Notes: generated from the sequence alone by a model not told the origin. A stretch of DNA of 64,000 bases from an uncultured Verrucomicrobiae bacterium (GCA_963769025.1 CAVYKI010000009.1:480001-544000); one strand, 5' to 3'; shown: positions 22,134-34,600, counted from the stretch's first letter. Program-made: numbers and translations.

Positions 22134-22518
22134 GTGTCCCGCTAGGATGAGGCAAGCCGGGCTGAATGGTCAAACTTCTGCCTGCGATCTTCTTCGTGCT
22201 GCGGCAACCGGACCGAGGGGGCTTCGGAAATCCGGGCTAGTCCTTTGGGAATGGCGTGGGCAACCAGCCCCGGAGCGTGCTTGCGCGAGGTGTGACGGAC
22301 GAATTTGCGCGGGGCGTGTTGCAGTTTCATCTCGAAGCTGCTCCTTGGTCTCCGGCAACGCAGGATGCACACTTCCCCCAATCCAAATACAGCGTGCCGC
22401 GCGCGGACCATGATGCGGATCGCGGTCGCGCCCGGTCGGATGTCCGATGGTGTCGAGCCGTCGATTTCGTCAGCATGGGTGCCACGGTTGCGTCCCGAGA
22501 TCAATGGAAAGCCACTGC

Positions 22519-23436
22519 ATGACGCCTAGCATATTCTCCATCAGCTACGCCGGCCTCTGGGGTCAATCGGCGCTGGGACTTGCCGATTTCATCCGGCATG
22601 CGGGCGAACTCGGCTTCCCGTCCGTGATGATCGCGGGCAAACGTCCGCATCTTTCGCCGCTCGATGCCACGCCGGAATTTATGGAGCTGATTCGCGAGGC
22701 GCTGGCGGAAGCGCGCGTGCGATGCGATGTGCTGGCTGCTTATACGAATCTCGCGCAGCCGTCGTCGGTCAGTTGCGAGGTGCCGGTGGTGGATTTTCAG
22801 ATCGCGTATGTCGAATCGCTCGCACGCATCGCCGGGCAAATCGGCGCGAAGGTCGTGCGCATCTTCACCGCGTATGAAATCGAGGGTCAGGATCTGCAGG
22901 CACAGTGGAAGCGCTGCGTCTCCGCCATCCGCGAAATCTGCGACCGGGCGGCGGCGCACGGCGTGACGATCGCGATCCAAAACCATCACGATATCGCCCT
23001 GCACACCGAGGCGCTGATCGAGCTGCTCACCGACATTGACCGTCCGAACTGCAAGCTTGGCTTCGACGCCTGGTCGCCCGCTCTCCGGGGTGAATCACTT
23101 TACGAGTCCGCGAAGATGGCCGCGCCGCACACCATCATCACGACCAACGCCGACTACATCAAAGTGCCGCGTCATCGCTACCAGCCCGAACTCGTGAATT
23201 ACGAGCGCCAGCCCGTGGACTGGGTGCGCACCGTGCCGTTTGGCACAGGCTTCATTGATTACACCGCGTTTTTCAACGGCCTGCGCGATGGGGGATTCAA
23301 CGGCACTGCGGTGTTTGAAATGTGTTCACCGCTGCGCGGCGGCGGATCGTTCGAGAATCTCGATGCATGTGCGACGACCTATTTGAAGTGGATGAAACCC
23401 CTGTGTGGCATGGGGCTCGGCGCGACGGAAGGTTGA
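22519..23436 (+). CDS. Sugar phosphate isomerase/epimerase family TIM-barrel protein
   Basis: AP-endonuclease-2 barrel pattern: LGF..V, VVRIF, IAIQNHHD, KLGFD, VPFGTG.IDY..FF..L...GF.G..VFE. Confidence 0.8.
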   Translation: MTPSIFSISYAGLWGQSALGLADFIRHAGELGFPSVMIAGKRPHLSPLDATPEFMELIREALAEARVRCDVLAAYTNLAQPSSVSCEVPVVDFQIAYVESLARIAGQIGAKVVRIFTAYEIEGQDLQAQWKRCVSAIREICDRAAAHGVTIAIQNHHDIALHTEALIELLTDIDRPNCKLGFDAWSPALRGESLYESAKMAAPHTIITTNADYIKVPRHRYQPELVNYERQPVDWVRTVPFGTGFIDYTAFFNGLRDGGFNGTAVFEMCSPLRGGGSFENLDACATTYLKWMKPLCGMGLGATEG

Positions 23437-23447
23437 ATCCCTGACCC

Positions 23448-25064
23448 ATGAAGACATTCCCACTGCTGCTCGCACTTCTCCTCGCGGCGTTTGCCACGCC
23501 TGAGTCCTCACTCGCTGCGACGCCTCCGAACATCATCGTCATCCTCGCCGATGATCTCGGCTACGGCGATGTGCAGTGCTACAATCCGCAGCGCGGAAAA
23601 ATCCCGACGCCGAACATCGATCGTCTTGCAGCGCAGGGGATGCGGTTCACGGACGGGCACTCGTCGTCCGGCGTGTGCTCGCCGTCGCGTTACACGCTGC
23701 TCACGGGGCGGTATCATTGGCGCACGCGTTTGCAGAGCGGCATCGTCGGAGTTTTCGGCGAGCCATTGATCGCGGCGGATCGCATGACCATCGGCACGCT
23801 CGCGAAGCAGCACGGCTATCGCACTGCGGCGATCGGCAAATGGCATCTCGGCTGGGAATGGCCCGTGACGCCAGCTGAGCGGAAGCTCCTCCAGGCTCCG
23901 CGCAAGCCGGGCAAGGACGATGAGGCCGCACCGGACAAAGGCTCCAGTACGCCGACGGCAGAGCAGCTTGCCTCATGGCGCGAGGTTTTCTCCAAGCCCA
24001 TCTCCGGCGGCCCGGTGACTCGGGGCTTCGATACCTACTTCGGCACGGACGTGCCGAACTGGCCGCCGTTTTGTTTCATCGAGAACGATCGTACGGTCGG
24101 CATCCCGAGTGAGTTTCTGCCGCCGGAAAATTTCAGGAGCAACCTCGCCAGCCAGCCCGGTCCTGCGCTGAAAGATTGGAAGCTGGAAGATATCCTGCCT
24201 GCGCTCGGCGATCGCGCCGCGCAGTTCATCACCGATGCGGCGAAGAAGCCGGAGCCCTTCCTGCTCTACATGCCGCTCACTTCGCCGCACACGCCGCTCT
24301 CGGTCGTGAAGGAATGGAAGGACAGGAGCGGCCTGAACACGTATGCCGACTTCGTGATGCAGACCGATGCGACGGTGGGCCGCGTGCTCGATGCGCTGGA
24401 AAAGAGCGGCGCGGCGGAGCGCACGCTCGTCCTTTTCACAAGCGACAACGGCTGCGCGCCCTACATCGGCGCGGCGGACTTGGAAAAGATGGGACACTTT
24501 CCCAGCGGCCCGTTGCGCGGCTACAAGGCGGACGCGTGGGAGGGCGGGCATCGCGTGCCGTTCATCGCGCGCTGGCCGGGAGTTGTGAAGCCCGGCAGCA
24601 TTTGCGGGCAGCTCGTGTTGCAGGCCGATTTTCTCGCGACCATCGCGGACATCCTCGGGACGAAGCTCCCGGAGACCGCGGGCGAGGACAGCTTCAGCTT
24701 CCTCCCGCTGCTCAAAGGCGGGGACAAACCCGTGCGCGAGCAATCCGTGAGCTGCTCTTCCGCAGGGCTGCCGGGCGTGCGCTCGGGGCAGTGGAAATTC
24801 ATCCCCGGTCCCGGCTCCGGCGGCTGGGGCAAGGGCGGCGACCAGAGCCAGCCCGTGCAACTTTACAACCTCGCCGAGGACATCGGCGAAACGAAGAATC
24901 TCGCCGCCGCACAACCGGAGCGTGTCGCGCAAATGAAGGCGCTGCTCGAAAAACTGATCGCCGACGGACGCAGCACACCCGGCGCCGCTCAGAAGAATGA
25001 CGCCGAACTGAAACGCTACCCCGGAGGTGCCGCGGCACCGCGTAAGGCGAATGCCGCCAAATAA
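23448..25064 (+). CDS. Arylsulfatase (Cys-type formylglycine sulfatase)
   Basis: PNII.ILADDLGYGD, CSPSR, GKWHLG, FTSDNG, WEGGHRVPF, LYNL..D.GE. Confidence 0.95.
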   Translation: MKTFPLLLALLLAAFATPESSLAATPPNIIVILADDLGYGDVQCYNPQRGKIPTPNIDRLAAQGMRFTDGHSSSGVCSPSRYTLLTGRYHWRTRLQSGIVGVFGEPLIAADRMTIGTLAKQHGYRTAAIGKWHLGWEWPVTPAERKLLQAPRKPGKDDEAAPDKGSSTPTAEQLASWREVFSKPISGGPVTRGFDTYFGTDVPNWPPFCFIENDRTVGIPSEFLPPENFRSNLASQPGPALKDWKLEDILPALGDRAAQFITDAAKKPEPFLLYMPLTSPHTPLSVVKEWKDRSGLNTYADFVMQTDATVGRVLDALEKSGAAERTLVLFTSDNGCAPYIGAADLEKMGHFPSGPLRGYKADAWEGGHRVPFIARWPGVVKPGSICGQLVLQADFLATIADILGTKLPETAGEDSFSFLPLLKGGDKPVREQSVSCSSAGLPGVRSGQWKFIPGPGSGGWGKGGDQSQPVQLYNLAEDIGETKNLAAAQPERVAQMKALLEKLIADGRSTPGAAQKNDAELKRYPGGAAAPRKANAAK

Positions 25065-25167
25065 CCCGCCCCAGCCAGGGTAATCACGCGGCACTCCCTG
25101 ACCTCCCGCCGGGCGAGATTGTGCTCCACTCCCATCCCCCGAACACTCATCCATCATTCCCCATTTC

Positions 25168-28100
25168 ATGAAACGCATCCTCCTCACTGTTCTCTCGCTC
25201 GCGACTGCCACGACTGTCGCGACCGCCGCACCGCTCGTCTTCGAGGGCACGGACGGGCCCGGCAAGGGCAAGCACATCGTCTTCCTCGCGGGCGATCACG
25301 AGTATCGCTCGGAGGAATCGCTGCCGGCGCTCGCGCGGATTCTGGCGAAGCATCAGGGCTTCAAGTGCACGGTGCTTTTCAACATCGATCCGGCGACGGG
25401 CGAGATCGTCGCCGGCAACTCGAACATGCCGGGCATGGAGGCGCTCGGACACGGCGGATCTCGCGGTGGTGTTCCTGCGCTTCCAGAACTTCCCGCCGGA
25501 GCAGATGAAGCACTTCGACGACTACCTCAATCGCGGCGGCCCGGTGGTCGGGCTGCGCACGGCGACGCATGCCTTCAAGATGCACGGCGGACGATCCGTT
25601 CGCGAAGTATTCGTACGACTACAAAGGCGCCGGACTACGAACTCGGCTTCGGGCATCAGGTGCTCGGGCAGACCTGGGTCGGACACTACGGCAAGAATCA
25701 CCAGCAGAGCACGCGCATCACGATCGTCGACGGACAAGAAGGACGCATCCGATCCTGCGCGGCGTGAAGGACGTCTGGGTGCAGGCGGGCGGCTACGTCG
25801 GCAAGCCGACCGACGGCGAGATTCTGACGATGGCGCAGCCGCTCAATGGCATGACGCCGGATTCGCCGGCCGATGCGACGAAGCCGCCGATGCCTTCCGA
25901 GTGGACGCGCACTTACAAGTCCGCCTCGGGCAAAGCGGGCCGCGTCTTCACCTCGCTCTACGGCACGTCGGAAGACATCACGAACGACGGCTATCGTCGG
26001 ATGCTCGTGAACGGCTGCTTCTGGGCGCTCGGCCTGGAGGATGCGATCAAGCCGGACCTGAACATCGCCTTCGTCGGGCCGTTCAAGCCGAACACGTTCG
26101 GCGGCGGCGCGTATGCGCGGGGCATCAAGCCGGAGATGTATGCGGGATTCGAAAGCCCGATTCCGGCGAACAACAACACGAAGAATCCGAACCCGAAGCC
26201 TGCGAAGAAGAAGGACGGCAAGAAGGACGCCGCGAAGAAGGACGACAAGCCGGCGACAGCCGAAGCCGGCCGACGCCGGCGCAGCCGCGCCGCTCGCCAC
26301 GGGCAAGCCGGCGCGCTTCGTCCGCATCGAACTGCCGGGCGACAAGCGCATCCTCACGCTCGCGGAAGTGGAGGTGATCAGCGGCGGCAAGAACGTCGCG
26401 CCGGGCGGCAAGGCCACGCAGTCGAGCACGAACGGCGACGCGCGTCGCGGCACGGGCGATCGACGGCAACAAGGATCCCGACTGCGGCAAGGGCGGGCAG
26501 ACGCACACCTCGAACGCCGGCACGACGCAGCCCTGGTGGGAACTCGATCTCGGGCAGGCGAAGGACGTCGAGAAGATCGGCATCTGGAACCGCGAGGGAT
26601 TCGAGAGCCGACTCGATGGCTTCACGCTCACGCTGCTCGATGCGGATCGGAAGGAGGTCTTCCGCGCGACGAACGTCGCCGCGCCGGAAGTCGATGGAGA
26701 TCGATGTGAAGAACGGCGGCAAGCTGACCTATCTCGCCTACGACGGCAAGCCGGGCGCGCCGTCCGCGAGCGAAGACGGCGAAGGCGGCGGCAAGAAGCC
26801 GGCGGCAAGAAGGCAGCCGCCGCCGTCCAAGGAACCCGCGCTCGCCGACGTGCCGGCGGACTATCGCGACCCGCTGCCGTTCGCGTTTCAAGAAGGGCGA
26901 CGTCGTCGCCATCCTCGGCAACGGCCTGCCGGATCGCATGCAGCACGACGGCTGGATGGAGACGCTGCTGCAGAGCGCAGCTGCCGGATCAGCAGGTGCG
27001 CTTCCGCAACATGAGCACGAGCGGCGACCGGCCGAACTCGCTACCCGCGCAGCAGCGGCGCAGATTTCGATGACCGACTACCTGCAGCATGTGAAGGCGG
27101 ACGTCGTGTTCGGCGTTCTTCGGCTACAACGAATCGTTCGACGGCAAGCCCGACGACTACAAGACAGCAGTTGCTCGATTTCGTGAAGAAGACGCGCGGC
27201 GCGAAGGCGAACGGCAAGAGCTTCCCGCGCATCGTGCTCTTCAGCCCCATCGCGCACGAGGACACGCACAATCCGAACGTGCCCGACGGCAAGGCGCACA
27301 ACGCGCAGCTCGAAGCCTACACGAAGGCCACCGAAGCCGCGGCGAAGGAGGCGGGCGTCGCGTTTGTCGATCTGTTCCATCCGTCGCTGGAACTTTTCAA
27401 AGCCGCGAAGCACGCCGCTCACGATCAACGGCGTGCATCTGACCGAGGAAGGCAATCGCCAGCTCGCCGAAGTGATCGCACAGGCGCTGCTCGGCAAGCA
27501 GGTCAGCGCCTCGCCCTCGCTGGAGCCGCTGCGCGAGGCGGTGCTCGACAAGGACATGCACTGGAACAACCGCTACCGCGCCTCGCGACGGCAACGACGT
27601 GTGGGGCGGCCGCTCGACGCTGAGCCTTCACCAACGATCAGACCAACGCCGTCGTGCTGCAGCACGAGCTCGTCGATGCTCGACGTGATGACGGCGAATC
27701 GCGACGAGCGCGTCTGGGCGCGCGCCAGCGGCAAGGACAAGAAGGTCGACGACAGCAACGTGCCCGCAGCCCGTCCCGGTCATCTCGAATGTCGGCGGCG
27801 GGAGCAAGAGCTCCAGCGCGCATGAAGGAAGGCACGCTGAACTACATCAGCGGCGAGGAGGCCATCAAGCACATGGCCGTCGCGAAGGGATTCAAGGTCA
27901 GCCTGTTCGCCGACGAGGCGCGCTTCCCGCAGCTCGTCGAACCCGGTGCAGATGCAGTTCGACACCAAGGGCCGCCTGTGGGCCGCCGTGTGGCCGACTT
28001 ATCCGAAGTGGGAGCCGCTCAAGCCGATGAACGACGCGCTGCTCATCCTGCACGACGACAACAACGACGGCAAAGCCGATCGCGTGACGGAGTTCGCCAA

Positions 28101-29743
28101 GGTGCAGAATCCGCTCGGCTTCGAGTTCTGGAACGGCGGCGTCATCGTCACCTGCAGTCGGAACTGCTTTTCCTCAAGGACACCGACGGCGACGACGTGG
28201 CCGACGTGCGCATCATCATGCTGCAAGGCGCTCGATTCCTCCGACACGCACCACGGCGCGAACAACCTCATCTACGGCCCCGACGGCGGCATCTACTGGC
28301 AGAGCGGCGTCTTCATGGTGCACAACCACGAGCACCCGTGGGGGCCGTCGCTGCAGTCGGCGCGTCGCGCGATGTATCGCTTCGATCCGCGCCGCTTCAC
28401 CATCTCGATGCACGCGACGAACTCGCCGAATCCGCACGGCATCGTCGTTCGACTACTGGGGCTACCACTACGCCACCGACGGCACCGGCGGCCGCGCGTA
28501 TCAGGTGCGGCCCGAGGGCAACGGCTTCAAGATGCACGAGCTGCTGAAGAAGGAAGTCCGTCCCGTGACCGCGAGCGAAGTCGTCAGCAGCACGCACTTC
28601 CCCGAGTCGATGCAGGGCGACTTCTTGATCTGCAACGTCATCGGCTTCCTCGGCATCAAGCACTACCACCTCGAGCGCAATCCCGAGACCGGCGCGGTGT
28701 GGGGCGAGCCGGCGGGCGACGAACTCACCGTCAACGTCGATGAACGCCGACGGCACGCAAGACCGAGGAAAAATCACGCGGCCTGCTGATGAGCGGCGAC
28801 AAGAACTTCCGCCCGTCCGACGCCATCTTCGCGCCGGACGGCTCGCTGTACTTCAGCGACTGGCACAACGTCATCATCGGCCACATGCAGCACAACGTGC
28901 GCGACCCGAACCGCGACCACACGCACGGCCGCATCTACCGCATGACCGCCGACGGGCCGCCCGCTGCAGAAGCCCGTCGCCATCGACGGCCAGCCGATCC
29001 CCGCGCTGCTCGAAAACCTGAAGTCACCCGTCGACGGCATCCGCCATCGCACGCGCATCGAACTGAGCGAGCGCGACACGAAGGAAGTCATCGCCGCGAC
29101 GCAAGAAGTGGATGAAGCAGTTCGATCCGAACAAGAAGGAAGACGCGCATCACCTGCTCGAAGCGCTCTGGCTTCACCAGCAGCACAACGTGCAAAACCT
29201 CGAACTGCTCGACGCAGCTCCTGAAATCGCCCGAGCCGCACGCGCGCATCGCCGCCAACACCGTGCAGCATCTCTGGTTCAACGTCGAGCCGCATCGCAG
29301 CGCGGCGGCGTCATCGCCGAAGCGAAGGAGGCAGCCGCGAAGAAGTCCGGCATCCTCTCGCGACACGCCCGAACTCACCACCATCCGCATCGCCACCATC
29401 CCCGAACGGATGATGTACGACGTGAAGGAACTCACCGTGAAGCCCGGCAAGAAGGTCAAGCTCACCTTCGCCAACGCCGACTTCATGCCGCACAACATCC
29501 TGCTCGTGAAGCCCGGCAAGGCCGACGACATCGGCATGAAGGCGATCGCGCTCGGGCGCCAAGGGCTTCGAGGTCGGCTTCATCCCCGAGAGCACGGACA
29601 TCCTCTGGGACAGCAAGCTGGTCGACCACGGCAAGGAGGAAGTCATCGAGTTCACCGCTCCGCCGAGCCCGGGCGACTACCCGTACATCTGCTCATTCCC
29701 CGGGCACCATCTGATCATGCGCGGCACGATGAAGGTGAAGTAG
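25168..29743 (+). CDS. ~1500-aa multidomain secreted protein: ThuA-like, discoidin/F5-8, SGNH/GDSL-like, PVC-type beta-propeller, HEAT-like and C-terminal azurin/auracyanin cupredoxin (many indels)
   Basis: Fragments in alternating frames: [35 protein letters not shown]-like, TINGVHL, QMQFD.KGRLW, DTHH..N...[31 protein letters not shown] and [14 protein letters not shown]; stop TAG 29741-29743. Confidence 0.75.
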
Positions 29744-29780
29744 GAGCGGAAAGCCTGGCTGACGCAGCCCAAGGCATCGC

Positions 29781-31514
29781 TCACTCGTCCGTCAGCGTCT
29801 TGAGGAATGCGATGAGGGCGCGCTGATCGGCGGGGCTCAGGTGCAGGCCCCCGTCGGGATGTTTGCCGAGGTTCGGATCGAGCGTTGGGCTGCGCTTCAC
29901 GCCGGTGCTGTAGTGGGCGACCACTTCCTCCAGCGTGGCGAAGCGTCCGTCGTGCATATAGGGCGCGGTCCGGGAGACGTTGCGCAGGCTGGGCGTCGAG
30001 AATTTACCGCGGTCGGATTCCAGCATCGTGATGCGGAAGCGGCCGGGGTCGTCGTCGTCCGGTGCGATGCCGTTGTTGTGAAATTGATGGTCGGAAAAGA
30101 GCGGGCCGCCGTGGCAGTGGAAGCAGTCGGCGCCGCGCTGTCCGGTGCGCGGATCAAATTCCGTCATGAACAGCTCGAAGCCGCGCTTTTCGTCGTCCGC
30201 AAGCGTCGCTTTTCCCCGCAGCGCGCGGTCGAACTTTGCGTCGAACGACGTGAGCGTGAGGAGGAATTGCTCGACGGCGAGGCCGAGCTTTTCCGGCGTG
30301 ATGTCCCGTGAACCGAATGCGGCTGCGAATAGCGCCGGATAGGCGGGGATGGCGGCGAGCTTCGCGGTCACCCGTTCGAGCGTTTCATCCAGTTCGGTGT
30401 GATCTTCGATCGGCATGAGCGCCTGCGTGCGGAGCGACGGTGCGCGGCCGTCCCAAAAGAAGCTCGTCTTCCAAGCGAGGTTGAAAAGGGGCATGGAGTT
30501 GCGCGTGCCCTTCTTCCCGCGCACGCCGAGGCTGAAGCGGCGCGCGTCGGTGAAGGCGAAATTGGAAACGTGGCAGGATGCGCACGAGAGTGTGTTGTCG
30601 CGGGAGAGGGCAGTCTCGTTGAAGAGCGCCTTGCCGAGCGCGACGCGCTCCTCGATGAGCGGATTGTCGCGCGGCAGGTGGGGGATGGGAAAAGCAGCGC
30701 TCATCGTGAAGCGGTACGGCGTGAACTTTTCCGGAAGGTACAGCGGCTTCAGCGGAGATGGCCTGCTGATCGCGGGCGCGGCGGAGAGGACCTGCGTGAC
30801 GCGGAAGGCACCCGGGAGATTGGCAACGAGGGAGGCGGCGACAGGATCGCCGTCGCGCGAGTGTGTGGAAGTGCCATCCTTTTCAAACGAGAGCGGGCGC
30901 GGGGCGTTGAGCAGCGTGCCGAGGTCGAAGTCGAGGAGCACCCCGGCGTCGTGCGTGAGGTCGAGCGGTGCTGCGAGGCTGATGCGGGTGCGGTTTGGAT
31001 CGCGCGCGAGGTGGTGCGCGTAGCCCTTCAGTTCCGCCGACACGGTGCGGAAGTGGCCCTCTACGGCGAGGAAGATATAGCCGGTCTGCCAGGTCCAGTG
31101 CAGTCCGTTGAGGTTGGGATTCAGCGGATGATCCGCGGCGAGCTTCGCCGGGTCCGAGGTGTTCGCCTCTGCATCGGGTCCGAGGTGAAAACGCAGCGCG
31201 CGATATTTTCCCGGCGGCAATCCATCGAGGCGGATGCCCGTGCGCCGCTTTGCCGCGTCCATCCACGCGTATTGCCCGGGCACTTCGATCCACGCGCCAT
31301 CGTCGCGCTCGATGGCGAATCCGCCGAGGAGGTAGCTGACCCGCGTGAAGGACAGCGTCTCTCTCGCGCCATTCTGATAGCGCAGCGAATCGAGCAGCAG
31401 CGGGTCGCCGTTGAACGTGTGCCGCACCGAAATCTCCAGCATCGCGCCGGATGCCATGTGAAACTGGAACAACAGCGCGACGAATGCGAAAAGGAGCGGG
31501 TGCCGGGTGTTCAT
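29781..31514 (-). CDS. MbnP-like domain fused to a MbnH/MauG-family di-heme cytochrome c peroxidase
   Basis: N-terminal HPLNP....LHWTWQTGYIF (MbnP WxW motif); C-terminal LGK.LF....LS, CASCH, FWDGRA.SL..QA..P, CFHCH, F.TPSLRN...TAPYMHDG. Confidence 0.85.
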   Translation of the reverse strand: MNTRHPLLFAFVALLFQFHMASGAMLEISVRHTFNGDPLLLDSLRYQNGARETLSFTRVSYLLGGFAIERDDGAWIEVPGQYAWMDAAKRRTGIRLDGLPPGKYRALRFHLGPDAEANTSDPAKLAADHPLNPNLNGLHWTWQTGYIFLAVEGHFRTVSAELKGYAHHLARDPNRTRISLAAPLDLTHDAGVLLDFDLGTLLNAPRPLSFEKDGTSTHSRDGDPVAASLVANLPGAFRVTQVLSAAPAISRPSPLKPLYLPEKFTPYRFTMSAAFPIPHLPRDNPLIEERVALGKALFNETALSRDNTLSCASCHVSNFAFTDARRFSLGVRGKKGTRNSMPLFNLAWKTSFFWDGRAPSLRTQALMPIEDHTELDETLERVTAKLAAIPAYPALFAAAFGSRDITPEKLGLAVEQFLLTLTSFDAKFDRALRGKATLADDEKRGFELFMTEFDPRTGQRGADCFHCHGGPLFSDHQFHNNGIAPDDDDPGRFRITMLESDRGKFSTPSLRNVSRTAPYMHDGRFATLEEVVAHYSTGVKRSPTLDPNLGKHPDGGLHLSPADQRALIAFLKTLTDE

Positions 31515-31602
31515 GAGATTGTTCGCTGGCGGGCGCACCCGCCAATGTGCCTGCGCCATTCCGCAAGGCCACTGCTTCCTGCGGCCCCGCGTCCTGCCCG
31601 GG

Positions 31603-34600
31603 TCATTGGGTTTCCGTCACGACGCCGTAATATGCGGATCCTGCGGGCGGTGCGGGATCGGTGAAGGTAAGATCCGCGCCGCTGAGCGAACTGGTCGCGC
31701 CGCTCACGGGCGCCCAGAAGCCGGCGGTGAGATCGGTGCAACGCCAGAGGTCTGAGTGGTGCCCGCATTTTGCGGAACAGTCATCACGTAGGCGGCGCCG
31801 GCGAAGCGCGGGTTGGTGCCACTCGTCGCGGTCGCCGTGGTGTAGCGCCCGAGGTTGATAGCGCAGGCGGTAGTAGTGGCTCTGCTGCGTCGCGGTCATC
31901 GCACCGATGCCTCCGGCGAGGAGGTTCGTGGTTTCGTACGGGTCGGCTTGGAGATCGTAAAATTCATCCGTGCCGGTGCGATTGCGGATGATCTTGTAGC
32001 GCTCGTCGCGCAGGACGCGGCCTCCGGTCGCGGGCAGGCTGGTGTCGAACTGCTCGGCGTAATCCCGCGGCCGCGTGACTGCCTGATTTTGCAAGACCGG
32101 CAGAAGGCTTTGCGAATCGAGCGTCACGTCGGCAGGCACCGTGGCCGTCACCGAGATGCCGGCGAGTTCGAGGATTGTCGAGTAAAGGTCCACGACATGC
32201 GCGAACACGTCGGACGTGCGGCCTGGGGAGACGACATTCGGGCTGCGGATGATCATCGGCACCCAGACGCCGCCCTGGTACAAAGTGTCCTTGCCGTGCA
32301 TGGCGGGGAAGGGCGTCTGGAGCACCTGGTTCGGAGTGCCGTTGTCGCCGATGAAAATGACCGTCGTTTTGTTCAGATCCGCCGCCTTGAGCAGGTTTCC
32401 GATTTCCGTATCCATGGCCTCGATGGCGGCATTGTAGTAGGAGCGCGGATTCGCGGTGATGTCCCCCGCGGTGCCGCTGAGTGAGGCGTAGGTCGGGCAG
32501 AGAGTCGTGGGTGAAGGCAGATGAAACGGCGCGTGCGGGGCATTGAATGCGACCCAGGCGAACCACGGCTTGTCCGCCCGTGCCTGCGCCTGGATCCAGG
32601 CCGCGGCGTCGTTGACGGTGTCGGTCGTCGCGTAGGTGGCGACGGTCCCGCTGCTCGTTCCGCCAGCCGTGCCGTCGCTGATCACTTTCGTCCAACTGGT
32701 GTAGCTGGCGAGCCCTCCGGAAATGGCGCCTGCAAACGCGGGCCAGCCGCCGATTTCGCAGGGGCTGCGGTTCACAGTTTGTCCTGTGCCGGCGGTGAGA
32801 TGCCATTTGCCGAAATGCTTGAGCTGATAGCCGAGTCCGCTGTTCGCCGCGAAAGCCTTTGGCAGCGTGAACTCGGCGCTGGCGAGCGAGTTGTTCGCCG
32901 CGGTGGAAACCACGTCGCCCGTGCCGGTGCGAAAGCCGAAGCGCCCGGTGAGCATCGCGGAGCGCGTCGGCGAACAGGTCGGATAGGCGTATGCATTGGT
33001 GAAACGCACGCCGTTCGCCGCGATCTTGGCGATCTCTGGCGTGGGTGCCAGCGAGGCGGCCGGGCTGGTGTTGTAAAGCGCGCTGGCGTCGATGCCGAAG
33101 TCGTCGGCGATGATGAGGAGGATGTTGTTGCTCGCAACGGGCGAGGTCACTGTGAGCAGGAAATTCGTGCTCATCGTCGCCGCGCCGTCATTCACGGTGA
33201 CGGTGATCATCGCGGTGCCGGTCTGACCGCCAGCCGGAGTGACGGTCACGGTGCGGCTGGCGCCGCTGCCGCCAAAGACGATGCCCGCATTCGGAACGAG
33301 TGTGATGTTTCCCGAACTGCCGCTGACCGTGAGGCTGCCAAGAGGCGTCTCCATGTCGCCGACAGTGAACGCGAGTGCGCCCGTGTTGGTGTTCTGCGAA
33401 ATGGATTGGCTGGCGATGCCGGTGAAGGTTGGCGGCGTGTTTGCCCCGCTCACCGTGAGCACGAAATCCGTGCCGGTCGTCGCGATGCCGTCGCTCACAT
33501 TGACGCTGATCGTCGCGCTGCCGGTCTGACCGTTGGCCGGAGTGACGGTCACGGTGCGGCCCGCGCCGCTGCCGCCGAAGACGATGTTCGCTTCCGGCAC
33601 GAGCGTGATGTTTCCCGAACTGCCGCTGACCGTGAGGCCGCCCACCGCTGTCTCCGCATCGCCAACCGTAAAGGCCAGCGCACCGGTGCTGGTGTTTTGC
33701 GAGATGGATTGGCTGGCGATGCCGGTGATCGTCGGCGGGGTGTTCGAGGCTTGCACGCTGAGGACAAAGCTCGTGCCGGTCGTCGCGATCCCGTCGTTCG
33801 CGTTGATGGTGATCGTGGCGGTGCCGGTCTGCCCCGCGGCTGGCGTGACGGTGACGTTGCGGTTCGCGCCGCTGCCGCCGAAAACGATGTTCGCATCCGG
33901 CACGAGCGTGATGTTTCCCGAACTGCCGCTGACTGTGATGCTGGCGGCCGCCGTTTCCGCATCGCCGACAGTAAAGGCCAGCGCGCCCGTGGACGTGTCT
34001 TTGAGAATGGAGCGGTCGCCGATGCCGGTGATGGTCGGCGGCGTGTTCGGCGCGGGGATGACGTAACTTTGGATTGTCGATTGCGAGAAGGTGGCGGCGG
34101 ACTGCCCGGTCGCATCGTACGCGGCGAGCGCGGTCCGGTTGACCCGCGCGTATTCGGTGCCGCTGCTGCCGAGTACGTTGTAGCTCGTGCCCGTCGAAAT
34201 GCCCGTCGAGACGAGGCCCGTCTGCTTGCTGGTCCAGCCTGATTGATCGGACGAGGCATCGACGCTGTAAGTGCCACCTTCCACCGCACTCCAGGTCAGC
34301 GAGACGACGCCGTTCGTCACGGGCGGGGAGGGGACCGACAGCGCCGAATTTGCACCGCCGCGGAAATGCAGCGTGAGCGGTGTGTCGGCGTTCATCTGCG
34401 CCTCGGTTCTCGTGCCACCCGTCGCGCTGCCATAGTACCAAGCGCTGGCGAGGTAGGGATAAATCGAAGTTCCATCGGCCTTGATCGTCGTGAAGTAGGC
34501 CCACGTGCCGGAGGGAAACTCAGGCGTGACGCAGAAGCGCACATTGTACTGGTTGAGGTCGAAGAATACGCCGCCGGCATTCGTCTTCGATCCCTGGGTG

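Noticed and set aside
22134..22518. 385-bp intergenic gap as a tRNA, ncRNA or small gene
   Set aside because: No cloverleaf, recognisable RNA motif or convincing ORF; likely a divergent promoter region
25168..29743. Dense frameshifts here and at 39091-44290 as gene decay, phase variation or editing
   Set aside because: Codon usage and motifs are preserved and the breaks are single-base indels in blocks. Low-coverage assembly error is more parsimonious; read polishing would settle it.
33139..34047. Tandem DNA repeats as a CRISPR array or DGR template/variable repeat
   Set aside because: The units are 303-bp in-frame coding repeats with no spacers, no cas or reverse transcriptase gene, and no obvious adenine-specific differences
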